Source: the human T2T-CHM13v2.0 reference genome, Homo sapiens. Taken from it: 64,000 bases of DNA. Location of the stretch: assembly GCF_009914755.1 (NCBI RefSeq), contig NC_060935.1; one strand, given 5' to 3'. Numbering within the stretch: the stretch's first letter is position 1; each line of letters begins with the position of its first letter. This document shows, in pieces, positions 39,777-59,189 of this stretch. A program made the position numbers and the translations under genes. A model generated the notes under the pieces. The model was not told the DNA's origin, did no database searches, and saw only the letters and a list, made by a program, of their open reading frames with translations.

Positions 39777-40376
39777 GTACTGGATCCCGGGCTAAGCTCG
39801 GGAGGAGGTCCCCTTTGGTGGGGCCATTTCGGGAAAGTATGTCAGGACGTAAGTGCTTCACTGAAGACAGGATCTGATTTTTTCCTAACTGGTTCCCTAT
39901 GTCCTGCCTTCTGGTGCGTTTTCTTTAGATCTTGGACTACTACGGGCCAACATTAGCTAACATTTATGGAGCACCGTTTTAAGCACACTATATGAATCGA
40001 TTAATCCACCAAAATCCCAAGAGCTAGGTAGGATGACAACCCCCATTTTATTGATGGGGAACCCTAAAGAGCTCCGGCGGTGCTGCCTGCTGCAACTCCT
40101 GCCTGATCAATATGGTTGCAGTCAGCTATAGACTGTTTTACTGAGACCGGACAACATTAGTTCAGTCGTTTGTGGTAAACATCTACGTGTACAAGCACAC
40201 TTTATAAACATTTTTTTCTTTCTTTTTTTTTTTTTTGAGACGGAGTTTCGCTCTTGTTGCCCAGGCTGGAGTGCAATGGCCCGATCTCAGCTCACTGCAT
40301 TCCACCTCCCGGGTTCAAGCAATTCTCCTGCCTCAGCCTCCTGAGTAGCTGGGATTACAGGCATGCGCCACTGTGA

Positions 40377-40643
<267 letters not shown>

Positions 40644-41910
40644 TAGCTGGGATTACAGGCTCCCGCCATCATCATGCCACACTAATTTTTGTGTTTTTCG
40701 GAGAGACGGGGTTTCATCATGTTGGCCAGGCTGCTCTCGAACTACTGACCTCAGGTGACCTCCTGCCTCAGCCTCCCAAACTGCTGGGATTACAGGGGTG
40801 GGCCACCACACCCGGCCTGGCTCAGCATTTTGGGAGGCCAAGGCGGGAGGATCTCTTGAGCCCAAGAGTTCAAGACCAGTCTAAGCAACATAGTGAGAAA
40901 CCCATACCGATCTCTACAAAAAAAATAGAAAAAATTAGCCAGGAGCGGTGGTGCATGCCTGTAGCCCCAGCTGCTTGGGAGGCTAAGGTGGGAGGATTGC
41001 TTGAGCCCAGGAGGTTGAGACTGCAAATGAGCTGTGATCAAGCCACTGCACTGCACTCCAGCCTGGATGACTGAGATTGACCCTGTCTCAAAAAAAAAAA
41101 AAAAAAAAAAAAAAAATGTGGGACAGATAAACTGGAAAATCAAGATGGCCCAGAGTAGACAGACAAGGCTGGGGAGGTTGTGTGTGGGAATGGCAGTCGG
41201 GAAATGCTTTATAGAGTGTCTGGGCCTGAAAGGGTAGAAAGACTTGGGAGGGGAATTCCAGTTAAAGGAACAACTGGAGCACAAGCTTGGTGCTAGAAAA
41301 AGAAGGAAGTGTGTAGCTACAATTCATGAAAGATGGGCAAAAGGGGAGTATTAGAATATAAAACTGGAAAGTATTTCCTGGGGAAAGCCAGATAAGCAGG
41401 ACCTTGAATGCAAAGCTAAATCATTTGAATTATACATAGAAAAGAAAAAAAAACCGGGGAGAGTTTTTAAGTAGGAAAGTGATAAGACATTGGGGGATAA
41501 GATGGAGACAAGGGCATTAATTAGATTGCCATAGTAGTTTAGGCAAGAGGATTCAATGCTAACAAGTATAATGGCAGTGGAAGTGGAAAAGAGGGGATTT
41601 AGGTTAGGGGTCTCCAACTCACGTACAGAAATCAGCTAAGTAATGTAGGTAAGTGAAATGAACTGAGTTGGGACTCTGGTGAACTGGGCAGCCCTTTCAC
41701 AGCTCCAGCTGATTGTTGCCTTGCGACAATATTGTCTCTGTGTGATCAGATAGTCAGTTTTCAAAAGAATCCAGAAGTCCAGAATTGTGTATTTACTCAC
41801 GTTGAAATGTTGAATTTAAAATTTTTTGGCCGGGCGTGGTGGCTCATGCCTGTAATCCTAGCACCTTGGGAGGCCAAAGTGGGCGGATCACCTGAGGTCA
41901 GGAGTTAGAG

Positions 41911-42869
41911 TGAAGGGGTGGGTTGCCCCTCCACACCTGTGGATGTTTCTCCTAAGGTGGAACGAGAGACTTAGGAAAGAAAAAGACAGAGACAAAGTAT
42001 AGAGAAAGAAATAAGGGGACCCGGGGAACCAGCGTTCAGCATATGGAGGATCCCGCCAGCCTCTGAGTTCCCTTAGTATTTATTGATCATTCGTGGGTGT
42101 TTCTCGAAGAGGGGGTTGTGTCAGGGCCACAAGACAATAGTGGGGAGAGGGTCAGCAGACAAACACGTGAACAAAGGTCTTTGCATCATAGACAAGGTAA
42201 AGGATTAAGTGCTGTGCTTTTAGATATGCATACACATAAACATCTCAATGCTTTACAAAGCAGTATTGCTGCCCGCAGATCCCACCTCCAGCCCTAAGGC
42301 GGTTTTTCCCTATCTCAGTAGATGGAACGTACAATCGGGTTTTATACCGAGACATTCCATTGCCCAGGGACGGGCAGGAGACAGATGCCTTCCTCTTGTC
42401 TCAACTGCAAGAGGCATGCCTTCCTCTTATACTAATCCTCCTCAGCACAGACGCTTTACGGGTGTCGGGCTGGGGGACAGTCAGGTCTTTCCCTTCCCAC
42501 GAGGCCATATTTCAGACTATCACATGGGGAGAAACCTTGGACAATACCTGGCTTTCCTAGGCAGAGGTCCCTGCGGCCTTCCGCAGTTTTTGTGTCCCTG
42601 GGTACTTGAGATTAGGGAGTGGTGATGACTCTTAAGGAGCATGCTGCCTTCAAGCATCTGTTTAACAAAGCACATCTCGCACCGCCCTTAATCCATTGAA
42701 CCCTGAGTTTGACACAGCACATGTTTCAGAGAGCACGGGGTTGGGGGTAAGGTCACAGAATCTCAAGGCAGAAGAATTTTTCTTAGTACATAACAAAATG
42801 GAGTCTCCCATGTCTATTTCTTTCTACACAGACACAGTAACAATCTGATCTCTCTTGCTTTTCCCCACA
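41911..42869 (-). mobile_element. HERV-K(HML-2) solo LTR, LTR5_Hs-type, inserted into an Alu
   Basis: Reverse complement starts TGTGGGGAAAAGCAAGAGAGATCAGATTGTTACTG and ends CCCCTTCA; 6-bp TSD TTAGAG (41905-41910 / 42870-42875). Confidence 0.92.
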
Positions 42870-42979
42870 TTAGAGACCAGCATGGCCAACATGGTGAAAA
42901 CCCTTCTCTACTAAAAATTCAAAAATAAGCCGGGCGTGGTGTGGGTGCGGTGGCAGGCGATTGTAATCCTAGCTACTTA

Positions 42980-43078
<99 letters not shown>

Positions 43079-43230
43079 TCAAAAACAAACAAAAAACCAA
43101 AATATGCCCGTGGGCCAAAGGTGGCCTTTGATTGTGAGTTTGCAACCTCTTGTGAGTGACATAGAATCTACTAGAAAAGAGGGCATTTTAAAAAAAGTAG
43201 GCTGGGTGGAGCGGCTCACGCCTGTAATCC

Positions 43231-44475
43231 TGAAGGGGGCCAGCCCCTCCACACCTGTGGGTATTTCTCGTCAGGTGGGACGAGAGACTGAGAAAAGAAA
43301 TAAGACACAGAGACAAAGTATAGAGGAAGAAAAGTGGACCCGGGGACTGGCGCTCAGCATACGGAGGACCCGCACCAGCACTGGTCTCTGAGTTCCCTCA
43401 GTATTTATTGATCACTATCTCTACCATCTCAGCCAGAGGGATGTGGCAGGACTATAGGGTAATGGTGGGGAGAGGGTCAGCAGGAAAACATGTGAGCAAA
43501 GGACTCTGTGTCATAAATAAGTTTAAGGAAAGGTGCTGTGCCTTGATGTGCACGTAGGCCACATTTATGATTGACTTTACACAAACATCTCAGCGCAGTA
43601 AAGAGCAGTATTGGCCGGGCGCGGTGGCTCACGCCTGTAATCCCAGCACTTTGGGAGGCTGAGGTGGGTGGATCACGAGGTCAGGAGTTCGAGACCATCC
43701 TGGTTAACATGGTGAAACCCCGTCTCTACTAAAAATACAAAAAAAAAATTAGCCGGGTGTGATGGCGTGCGCCTGTAGTCCCAGCTACTTGGGAGGCTGA
43801 GGCAGGAGAATGGTGTGAAACCTGGGCGACAAGGCGAGACTCTGTCTCAAAAAAAAAAAAAAAGCAGTATTGCCGCCAGCATGTCTAACCTCCAGCCATA
43901 AGGCGGTTTTCTCCTATCTCAGTAAATAGAATGTACAATCGGGTTTTATACAGAGATATTCCATTCCCAGGGACTAGCAGGAGACAGATGCCTTCCTCTT
44001 ATCTCAACTGCAAAGAGGCCTTCCTCTTTCACTAATCCTTCTCAGCACAGACCCTTTATGGGTGTCTGGGGGACGGTCAGGTCTTTCCATTCCCATGAGG
44101 CCATATCTCAGGCTGTCTCAGTGGAGAGAAACCTTGGACGATACCCAGGCTTTCTTGGGCAGAGGTCCCTGCGGCCTTCCGCAGTGCACTGTGTCCCTGG
44201 GTACTCGAGACTGGAGAATGGCGATGACTTTTACCAAGCATACTGCCTGCAAACACATTTTTAACAAAGCACATCCTGCACAGCCCTAAATCCATTAAAC
44301 CTTGAGTCAATACAGTGCATGTTTCTGCGAGCACAGGGTTGGGGCTAGGGTTACAGATTAACGGTGTTTCAAGGCAGAATAATTTTTCTTAGTACAGATC
44401 AAAATGGAGTTTCTTATGTCTTCCTTTTTCCACATAGACACAGTAACAGTGTGATCTCTCTTTCTTTCCCCCACA
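43231..44475 (-). mobile_element. HERV-K(HML-2) solo LTR, older LTR5A/B-type, inserted in an Alu and itself interrupted by an Alu (43613-43862)
   Basis: TG...CA termini; TSD TAATCC (43225-43230 / 44476-44481); internal Alu flanked by AGCAGTATT repeat. Confidence 0.9.
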
Positions 44476-45303
44476 TAATCCCAGCACTTTGGGAGGCCAA
44501 GGCAAGCAGACTACTTGAGCCCAGGAGTTTGAGACCAGCCTGGGCAACATATGGAGCCCGTCTCTACAAAAATAAAAATTAGCTGCGTGTGGTGGTGCAT
44601 GTGTATAGTCCCAGTTCTGGGGGAGGCTGAGGTGGGGAGGATTGCTTGAGCCCAGGAGTTCAAGGCTGCAGTGAGCTTTAATTGTGCAACAAATAGAGGC
44701 CCTGTCTCAAAAAAAAAAGAGGGTTTCACTCTTGGTCACTGTAACCTCAAACTCCTGCACACAAGCAATCCTCTGGGCTGAGCTGGGACTACAGGCATGG
44801 GCCACCGTGCCCAGCTAATCTATTTTGCTTTTTGAATAGACAGAGGTCTTGCTGTGTTGCCCAGGCTGGTCTCAAACTCCTGGGCTCAAGTGATTCTCCA
44901 GCCTTGGCCTCCCAAAGCAATCCCTAGGTAACAGACTCAGTCTGGCTTCCTGGCTCTGGCTTCTTCCCTTCTAGTTCATTCTCCACACTGTAGTCAGAGT
45001 GATCTTTACGAATAAAAACTCTGGTCGGTCGGGCACAGTGGCTCATGCCTGTAATTCCAGCACGTTGGGAGGCCTAGGCGTGTGGATCACTTGAGGTTGG
45101 GAGTTCGAGACCAGCCTGACCAACATGGAGAAACCCCATCTCTACTAAAAATACAAAATCAGCCAGGCGTGGTGGCATATGCCTGTAATTCGAGCTACTC
45201 AGGAGGCTGAGGCAGGAGAGTCGCTTGAGAAAGGCGGAGGATGCGGTGAGCTGAGATCGTGCCACTGCACTCCAGCCTGGCCAACAAGAGCAAAACCTCT
45301 CTC

Positions 45304-45334
<31 letters not shown>

Positions 45335-46889
45335 AGGTCCCACTTCAGCTCACAATCGTTCAGTGCCTCTCCATTGTCTTTAAGCTATAGCCCAAATTGA
45401 TCAATACAGCCATTAAGAAGTGCTGCTAGGCCAGGCGCGGTGGCTTACCTGTAATCCCAGCACTTTGGGAGGCCAAGGCAGGCGGATTACCTGAGGTCAG
45501 GAGTTCAAGACCAGCCTGGGCAACATGGTGAAATCCCGTCTCTACTAAAAATACAAAAATTAGCTGGACATGTTGGAGTGTGCCTGTAATCCCAGCTACT
45601 CGGGAGGCTGAGGCATAAGAATTGCTTGAACCTGGGAGGTGGAGGCAACGATGAGCTCATCGCAACGATGAGCTGAGATCACGCCATTGCACTCCAGCCT
45701 GGGCGACAGAGTGAGACTCTGTCTCAAAAAAAAAAAAAAAAAAAAAAAAAAGCCCTGCTTCTAACAGGGCCAATGGCTCACACCTGTAATCCCAGCACTT
45801 TGGGAGGCGAAGGTGAGAGGGTCCCTTGAGGCCAGAGGTTTGAGACCAGCCTGGGCAACATAGTAAGATGAAACCCCCATCTCTACAGGAAAAAAGCCCT
45901 TCCTCCCTATCGCCACCCCTCCCCCAAGCCTAAACTACCCCTTCTCACCCACAGTCAACTCCCTGGGGTTTGATTTTATCTAGGTAAATCATCCTGCTAT
46001 CTCTATTGTCTAGCAGAATACAATTCACAAATAGGACTCAATATACATTTATTAGTTACCTCTATAAGTTTTTTTCAGTTTGCCTCTTTATGTTGGGAAT
46101 GCTGTAAATTTTTAAATGATCTTTTCTCAGCCAATTCATTGACTGTCCTACCTTACCAAATGATTTTGCTCTTAGAGAGGTCTGGAGAGTGTTTGTTCAA
46201 GGAGCAACCCTGCCCCCACCTGGCAGCAAGAGGCACTGCCTCAATTAATAGAGGAGAAGGATATGCAAATGACCAGTGCTTGTCAGGGAACTGGCAGAGA
46301 CGTGACAGTGGAGAAAAGGCTCAAATTCTTTTTGAGATGGGGTCTCATTCTGTCACCCAGGCTGGAGTGCAGTGGCGTGATCTCAGTTCACTGCAACCTC
46401 TGCCTCCCAGGTTCAAGCGATTCTCTTGCCTCAGCCTCCTGAGTAGCTGGGATTACAGGCGCTGCAACCACTCCCAGCTGATTTTTATGTTTTTAGTAGA
46501 GACGGGGTTTCACCATGTTGGCCAGGCTAGTCTCGAACCCCTGACCTTAAGTGATCAGCCTGGCTTAGCCTCCTAAAGTGCTGGGATTACAGGCGTGAGC
46601 CACCACTCTGGGCCTCAATTTCTTTTCTTTTTGAACCAGGATCTCACTCTGTCACCTAGGCTGGAATGCAGTGTGTGATCACGGCTCACTGCAGTGTTGA
46701 ACTCCTGGGCTCAGAGGATCCTCCCACCTCAGCCTCCTGAGTAACTGGGACTGTAGGCATGTGCCATCACACCCAGCTAATTCTTTAATTTTTTGGAGTG
46801 TGACAGTGCCTCACTATGGTGCCTAGGCGGGTCTCCAACTCCTGGGCTCAAGCGACCAAATTGCTGGGAAACAGGCATGAGCCACTATA

Positions 46890-50370
<3,481 letters not shown>

Positions 50371-50551
50371 TTTTTTCTTCTTTTTCTTTTTCTTTCTGTT
50401 TTTTTGAGATGGAGTTTCTTGTTGTGCAGGCTGGAGTGCGATGGACTGATCTCGGCTCGCCGCAACCTCCGCCTCCCAGGTTCAAGTGATTCTCCTGCCT
50501 CAGCCTCCTGAGTAGCTGGGATTACAGGCATGCGCTACCACGCCCAGCTAA

Positions 50552-50953
<402 letters not shown>

Positions 50954-51045
50954 TGATCTGCCTATCTCTGCCTCCCAAACTGCTGGGATTACAGGCGTGA
51001 GCCACCGTGCCCGGCTGCTTCCCTCTTTCTTTAAATTTAATTTAA

Positions 51046-51168
<123 letters not shown>

Positions 51169-51267
51169 TGACCCCTTTTTTCTTTAACATTATGTTTTTG
51201 ACACATTTTTGCCTATCTTTTATGTCCTGGTTCTTTCAAATTTAGTCATTTCTAGTATTCTAGTTAG

Positions 51268-51438
<171 letters not shown>

Positions 51439-51722
51439 TGAGTAGCTGCGATTACAGCCTCCTGCCACCATGCCCAGCTAATTTTTGTATTTTTAGTAGA
51501 GACGGGGTTTCACAGTGTGGTCCAGGCTGGTCTCAAACTCCTGACTTCAGGTGATCTGCCTGCCTTGGCCTCCCAAAGTGCTAGGATTACAGGTGTGAGC
51601 CACCACGCCTGGCCTATTTTTCAAATTTCCAAATTTTTACTACTATAACCAGTGCTGCAGTGAAATCTTTTATATATTGTTTTGTGTACATGTGTGAGAG
51701 TTTCTCTAGGGTATGAATCTAG

Positions 51723-51938
<216 letters not shown>

Positions 51939-52313
51939 TAGTGGAGACGGGGTTTCACCATGTTAGCCAGGATGGTGTTGATCTCCTCACCTCGTGATCT
52001 GCCCGCCTCGGCCTCCCAAAGTGCTGGGATTACAGGCGTGAGCCACCGTGCCCGGCCAAGGGTATTTTCATTCTATAGGCGGTTGCAAATTGCTCTCCTA
52101 GAACGGATGTACCAACTAATGTTGCCACTTATGCAATTTGTATCCTCCTAATCACTTGGTTTAGTCAGATGTTTTCATATTGCCAATCTGACGGACATGA
52201 AATTCTATTTTCTTGCCATTTTAATTTGCACTTTCCAGATTACTAATGAGGTTTTGTAATCTTTACCATTCTTTTGTATATCTAATTTTGTGAATTGGCT
52301 TTTTTGTTTTTGA

Positions 52314-52613
<300 letters not shown>

Positions 52614-52729
52614 TGATTAGAATAGAATTTCTATTTGGTGGGTGCCGTGGCTTACATCTGTAATCCCTGCACTTTGGGAGGCCGAGATGGGCGGATCACA
52701 AGGTCAGGAGATCGAGACCATCCTGGCTA

Positions 52730-53298
<569 letters not shown>

Positions 53299-53556
53299 TG
53301 AGTAGCTGAGATTACAGGTGCCTGCCACCACGCCCAGCTAATTTTTGTATTTTTAGTAGAGACGGGGTTTCCCCATGTTGGCTAGGCTGCTCTCTGGCCA
53401 GGCTTGTCTCGAACTCCTGACCTTGTGATCTGCCCGCCCTGGTCTCCCAAAGTGCTGGGATTACAGACGTGAGCCACCGCACCTGGCCTCTTTTGTTTCT
53501 TCTTTAAAACTCTTTTCTTATCCTGAGGTCAGAAAGATATTCTTATTTTTTTCTGA

Positions 53557-53796
<240 letters not shown>

Positions 53797-54136
53797 TGAT
53801 CTCGTGACCTTGTGATCCGCCCGCCTTGGCTTCCCAAAGTACTGGGATTACAGGTGTGAGCCACCGCGCCTGGCCTATTTGATTACTTAGAATATAATTT
53901 TGTGATTGGTGTGAAGTAGTGATCTAATTTTATTTTTTTATAGTACCATTTGGTAAATAGTTCATTCTTTCCCCACTGATTATATTATCTCTGTCGTATA
54001 TTGTTTCAAGTATGCATGAGTTATTTTTAGGCTCGTTTTCTGTTCCGTTGGACACTTGCCCATCCCTGTGTCTTTAGCATACTATGATTGTTACTTTATA
54101 CATTATTATTATTATTATTATTTTTTTTTTTTGTAG

Positions 54137-54229
54137 AGTTGGGGTCTCACTGTGTTGCCCAGACTGGTCTCGAACTCTTGGCCTCAGGTGATCCTCTTCC
54201 CTCAGCTTCCCAGAATGCCGAGATGATAG
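54137..54229 (+). CDS. SLC3A2: SLC3A2 Alu-derived cassette exon A (93 nt)
   Basis: (E)[30 protein letters not shown] matches the recalled long 4F2hc N-terminus; poly-T/TAG acceptor, GTAAT donor, phase 1/1. Confidence 0.85.
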
Positions 54230-54253
54230 GTAATAATAATAATAATAATAATA

Positions 54254-54286
<33 letters not shown>

Positions 54287-54496
54287 TGAGATGGAGTCTT
54301 GCTCTGTTGCCCAGGCTGGAGTGCACTGGCGCGATCTCCACTTACTGCAAGCTCCGCCTCCTGGGTTCAAGGTTCAGGTGTTTCTCCTGCCTCAGCTTCC
54401 TGAGTAGCTGGGACTACAGGCGCCCGCCACCACGCCTGGCTAATTTTTGTATTTTTAGTAGAGACGAGTTTCAGCATATTGGCCAGGCTGGTCTTA

Positions 54497-54586
<90 letters not shown>

Positions 54587-54624
54587 TTATTCCTTTAGCA
54601 AATAACATGCCTGCTGCCTGGTAG

Positions 54625-54810
<186 letters not shown>

Positions 54811-54968
54811 TAGTAGAGACGGAGTTTTGCCTCATTGGCCAGCCTGGTCTCGAACTCCTGATCTCAGGTTATCCGCCCGTCTCGGCCTCCCAAAGTGCTG
54901 GGATTACAGGCGTGAGCCACTGTGCCCAACCATACTTTATATAATATTATTATTATTATTATTTGTAG

Positions 54969-55061
54969 AGACGGGGTCTGACTGTGTTACCCAGGCTGGT
55001 CTTCAACTCTTGGCCTCAAGTGATCCTCCTGCCTTAGCTTCCAAGAATGCTGAGGTTACAG
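54969..55061 (+). CDS. SLC3A2: SLC3A2 Alu-derived cassette exon B (93 nt)
   Basis: (E)[30 protein letters not shown]; TAG acceptor, CAG|GTAAT donor, phase 1/1. Confidence 0.85.
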
Positions 55062-55272
55062 GTAATTATTATTTTAGCAAATAACATGCTTGCTATCTGG
55101 TAGAATTTGTCTTTAAAAATACGATTTTTTTTCTTTAAAGATATCTTTACTATTCTCTGCCCTTTTCTCTTGCACATGAATTATAGAGTCATCTTACAAA
55201 GTTCTCACCACCAGATATTAAGATTTGTATTAGAATTGCATTTGGATTTTTAGATTGTTTGGGGAGCACTAA

Positions 55273-55512
<240 letters not shown>

Positions 55513-56013
55513 TAGCCAGGATGGTCTCGATCTCCTGACCTTGTGATCCGTCTGCCTGGCCTCCCAAAGTGCTGGGATTACAGGCGTAAGCCACTGCACC
55601 TGGCCCTCTGCTTTTTTAAAAAAAGAATTCATTAGCTGAGTGCAGTGGCTCACGCCTCTAATGCTAGCACTTTGGGAGGCAGATCACTTGAACCCGGGAG
55701 TTCGAGACCAGCTTGGACAACATGACAAAACCCTGTCTCTACCAAAAAATACAAAAATTAGCCAGGCATGGTTGCATGCTCCTGTAATACCAGCTGTTCA
55801 GGAGGCTGAGGTGGGAGGATTGCTTAAGCTGAGGAAGTCAAGGCTGTAGTAAGCCAAGATCACATTACTGCACTCCAGCCTGGGCAACAGAGAGAGACCC
55901 TGTCTCAAAAAAACCCAAGAAACAGAAAACAGAATTTGTCTTTAGTTTCTCTATAGTCCAGCCTCCTTTTAAGAGACTTGGTGTTGAAATTAACCAATTT
56001 TTTCTTTCTTTGA

Positions 56014-56118
<105 letters not shown>

Positions 56119-56228
56119 TGAGTAGCTAGGATTACAGGCATGTGCCACCACACCTGGCTAATTTTGTATTTTTAGTAGAGATGGGGTTTCTCCATGTTGG
56201 TCAGGCTGGTGTTTAACTCCTGCCCTCA

Positions 56229-56327
<99 letters not shown>

Positions 56328-57359
56328 TCAAATTCAATTTTCTGTTACAGCATACCATACTCTAAATATCTACTTCTCAATATTTTATATTCTCTTTCAC
56401 CTTATTGATTATAAAATATATATATATTTTTCAGACAGGGTCTCGCTCTGTGGCCTTGGCTGGAGTGCAGTGGTGTGATCTCAGCTTACTGCACCCTCAA
56501 CTTCCCAGGCTCAAGTGATACCTCCCACCTCAGCCTCCCGAGTAGCTGGGACTACAGGCATGTGCAACCACACTCAGCTAATTTAAAAAATTTTTTGTGG
56601 CCGGGCGTGGTGGCTCACGTCTGTAATCCTAGCATTTTGGGAGGCCAAGTCGGGCAGATCATGAGGTCAGGAGTTCGAGAACAGCCTGGCCAACATTAGT
56701 GAAACCCCGTCTCTACTAAAAATACAAAAATTAGCCGGGCATGGTGGTGGGCCCCTGTAGTCCCAGGTACTCTGGGAGGCTGAGGCAGGAGAATCACTTG
56801 AACCTGGGAGGCAGAGGTTGCAGTGAGCCGAGATCGCACCACTGCACACCAGCCAGGGTGACAGTGCGAAACTCTGTCTCAAAAAAAAAAAAAAATTTTG
56901 TACAGACAAGGTCTCACTATATTGCCCAATCTGGTCTTGAACTCCTGGGATCAAGTAATCCTCCTACCTTGGCCTTGCAAAGTGCTGGGAGTACTAGGTG
57001 TGAGCCACCACACCCGGCCAGCTAATTAAAATCAAACTTTTTTTTATAGAGACACGGGGTCTTGCTACGTGGCCCTGTCTGGTCTCAAACTTCTGGGCTC
57101 TAATGATTCTCCCATTTTGGCCTCCCAAATTACAGGCGTGAGCCATGGCACCTGGCCAGGCTCATCAGTTATTTGTTTTTTTGTTTATTTCTAATTTTTA
57201 TTTTAATTATTTTAGACCAGTTCTAGCTCTGTTGCCCAGGCTAGAGTGCAGTGGTGCAATCATAACTCACCGTAGCTTCAACCTCCTGGGCTCAAGTGGT
57301 CCCTCCCACCTCAGCTTCCCAAGTAGCTGGGACCCCAGGTACTTGCACCATGCCCAGCT

Positions 57360-57393
<34 letters not shown>

Positions 57394-57622
57394 GAGAAAG
57401 AGTCTCAAATAATTTATGTAGATCTTCCCTCTGCCCAGAGATACAGAGTTTAACTCTGTACATCTTGAGTGCAGGCTGCGCTTAGTGATTCTCTTCCTCA
57501 GAGTGTGATGACAAAGTTTTGGAGGGCCAGGGGAGGGAGAAAATGAGGATGCAGTATTGTGTGATCATGACTGCAGAAATAGCTGCTGTTGGAGGGCCTC
57601 AGTGATCATTTTAAGGTCTCTT

Positions 57623-57712
57623 ATTGCTACTTATCTTTTTTGATGAGATTAAGTATTCTGTCTCTGATCAGTTGAATATCTGATGTCATTAATCCAAGGA
57701 TAATATGTTAAA
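57623..57712 (+). pseudogene. Old 3'-truncated U2 snRNA pseudogene
   Basis: ATTGCTACTTATCTTTTTTGATGAGATTAAGT...ATCAGTTGAATATCTGATGTCATTAATCCAAGGATAATATGTTAAA aligns by eye with U2 nt 1 to about 95. Confidence 0.75.
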
Positions 57713-58872
57713 AGTACTACCCCATATTTTCCACATACTGACCTGCTATTTCTCTGGTGTTTATCTTTTAGTATTTGGTTTCATTTGAGAGAATGGCTTG
57801 CTGCAATGTTTTTCATTTGTCTAACTTACTTGAATACTGGATACTTTTCAGATGGTGCATTTATTTCTCTTCTCCTAAGAGATGACTTTGGTTCTATTTC
57901 TTTCACTCTTTCTGGCTTTTATCCCCACTTTGCATTCTTCACCCTTTAGTAAGACAACCCTGACAGGTCTCTTCTTTAGCAGCCAGTGTCCCTCCTATAG
58001 GATTCATAGTAACAATTAATAGTATTCTGACATGGGTTCTTCAGATAGTAGCTGCGAAGTGAACTGCTTTAGTTGGAGTCTTTTTCTCTGCTTTAATTTC
58101 AGCCACGCTTTGACTTCCAAATGCTCAATTCCTCACCCATCTTTCCTTTTTCTTTTTCTTTTTTTTTTTTTTGGAGACAGAGTCTTGCTCTGTCACCGAG
58201 GCTGGAGTGCAGTGTAATCTCAGCTTACTGCAACCTCCGCCTCCCAGGTTGAAGGGATTCTCCTGCCTCAGCCAAGTAGCTGGGATTACAGGCACCCGCC
58301 ATCGTGTGCGACTAATTTTTGTATTTTTAGTAGAGATGGGGATTTGCCATGTTGGCCAAGCTGGTCTCGAATTCCTGACTTCAAATGATCTGCCCGCCTC
58401 ATTCTTCCAAAATGCTGGGATTACAGGCATGAGCCACCACACTGGCCTCATTTTTCAAATGGCTAAAATCTTCAAGATTTCTGGCTGATTGGTATTTTAG
58501 AGGCAGCTTTGATGTTTTGTTTCTGGGTCTTTGGAATAGAGTCTTGGGCTTTCGAAGATTTATGGAGGCTGTTGGACAGAGACAGTCTCCTGAAGAGTTT
58601 CTAGCTGTCCTCCCATCTTCTCTCTGCCTTTAGAAATCCTTCTTAGATGTGGCCGGGCACGGTGGCTCACGCCTGTAATCCCAGCACTTTGGGAGGCCGA
58701 GGCGAGTGGATCACGAGATCAGGAGATCAAGACCATCCTGGCTAACATGGTGAAACCCCGTCTCTACTAAAAATACACAAAAAAATCAAAATTAGCTGGG
58801 CGTGGTGGTGGGCACCTGGAGTCCGCAGGAGAATAGTGTGAACCTTGGAAGGCAGAGCTTGTAGTGAGCTGA

Positions 58873-59189
<317 letters not shown>

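Noticed and set aside
46263-46270. Perfect octamer ATGCAAAT (another at 35522-35529)
   Set aside because: No PSE or snRNA body at the expected spacing; isolated 8-mers are expected by chance.
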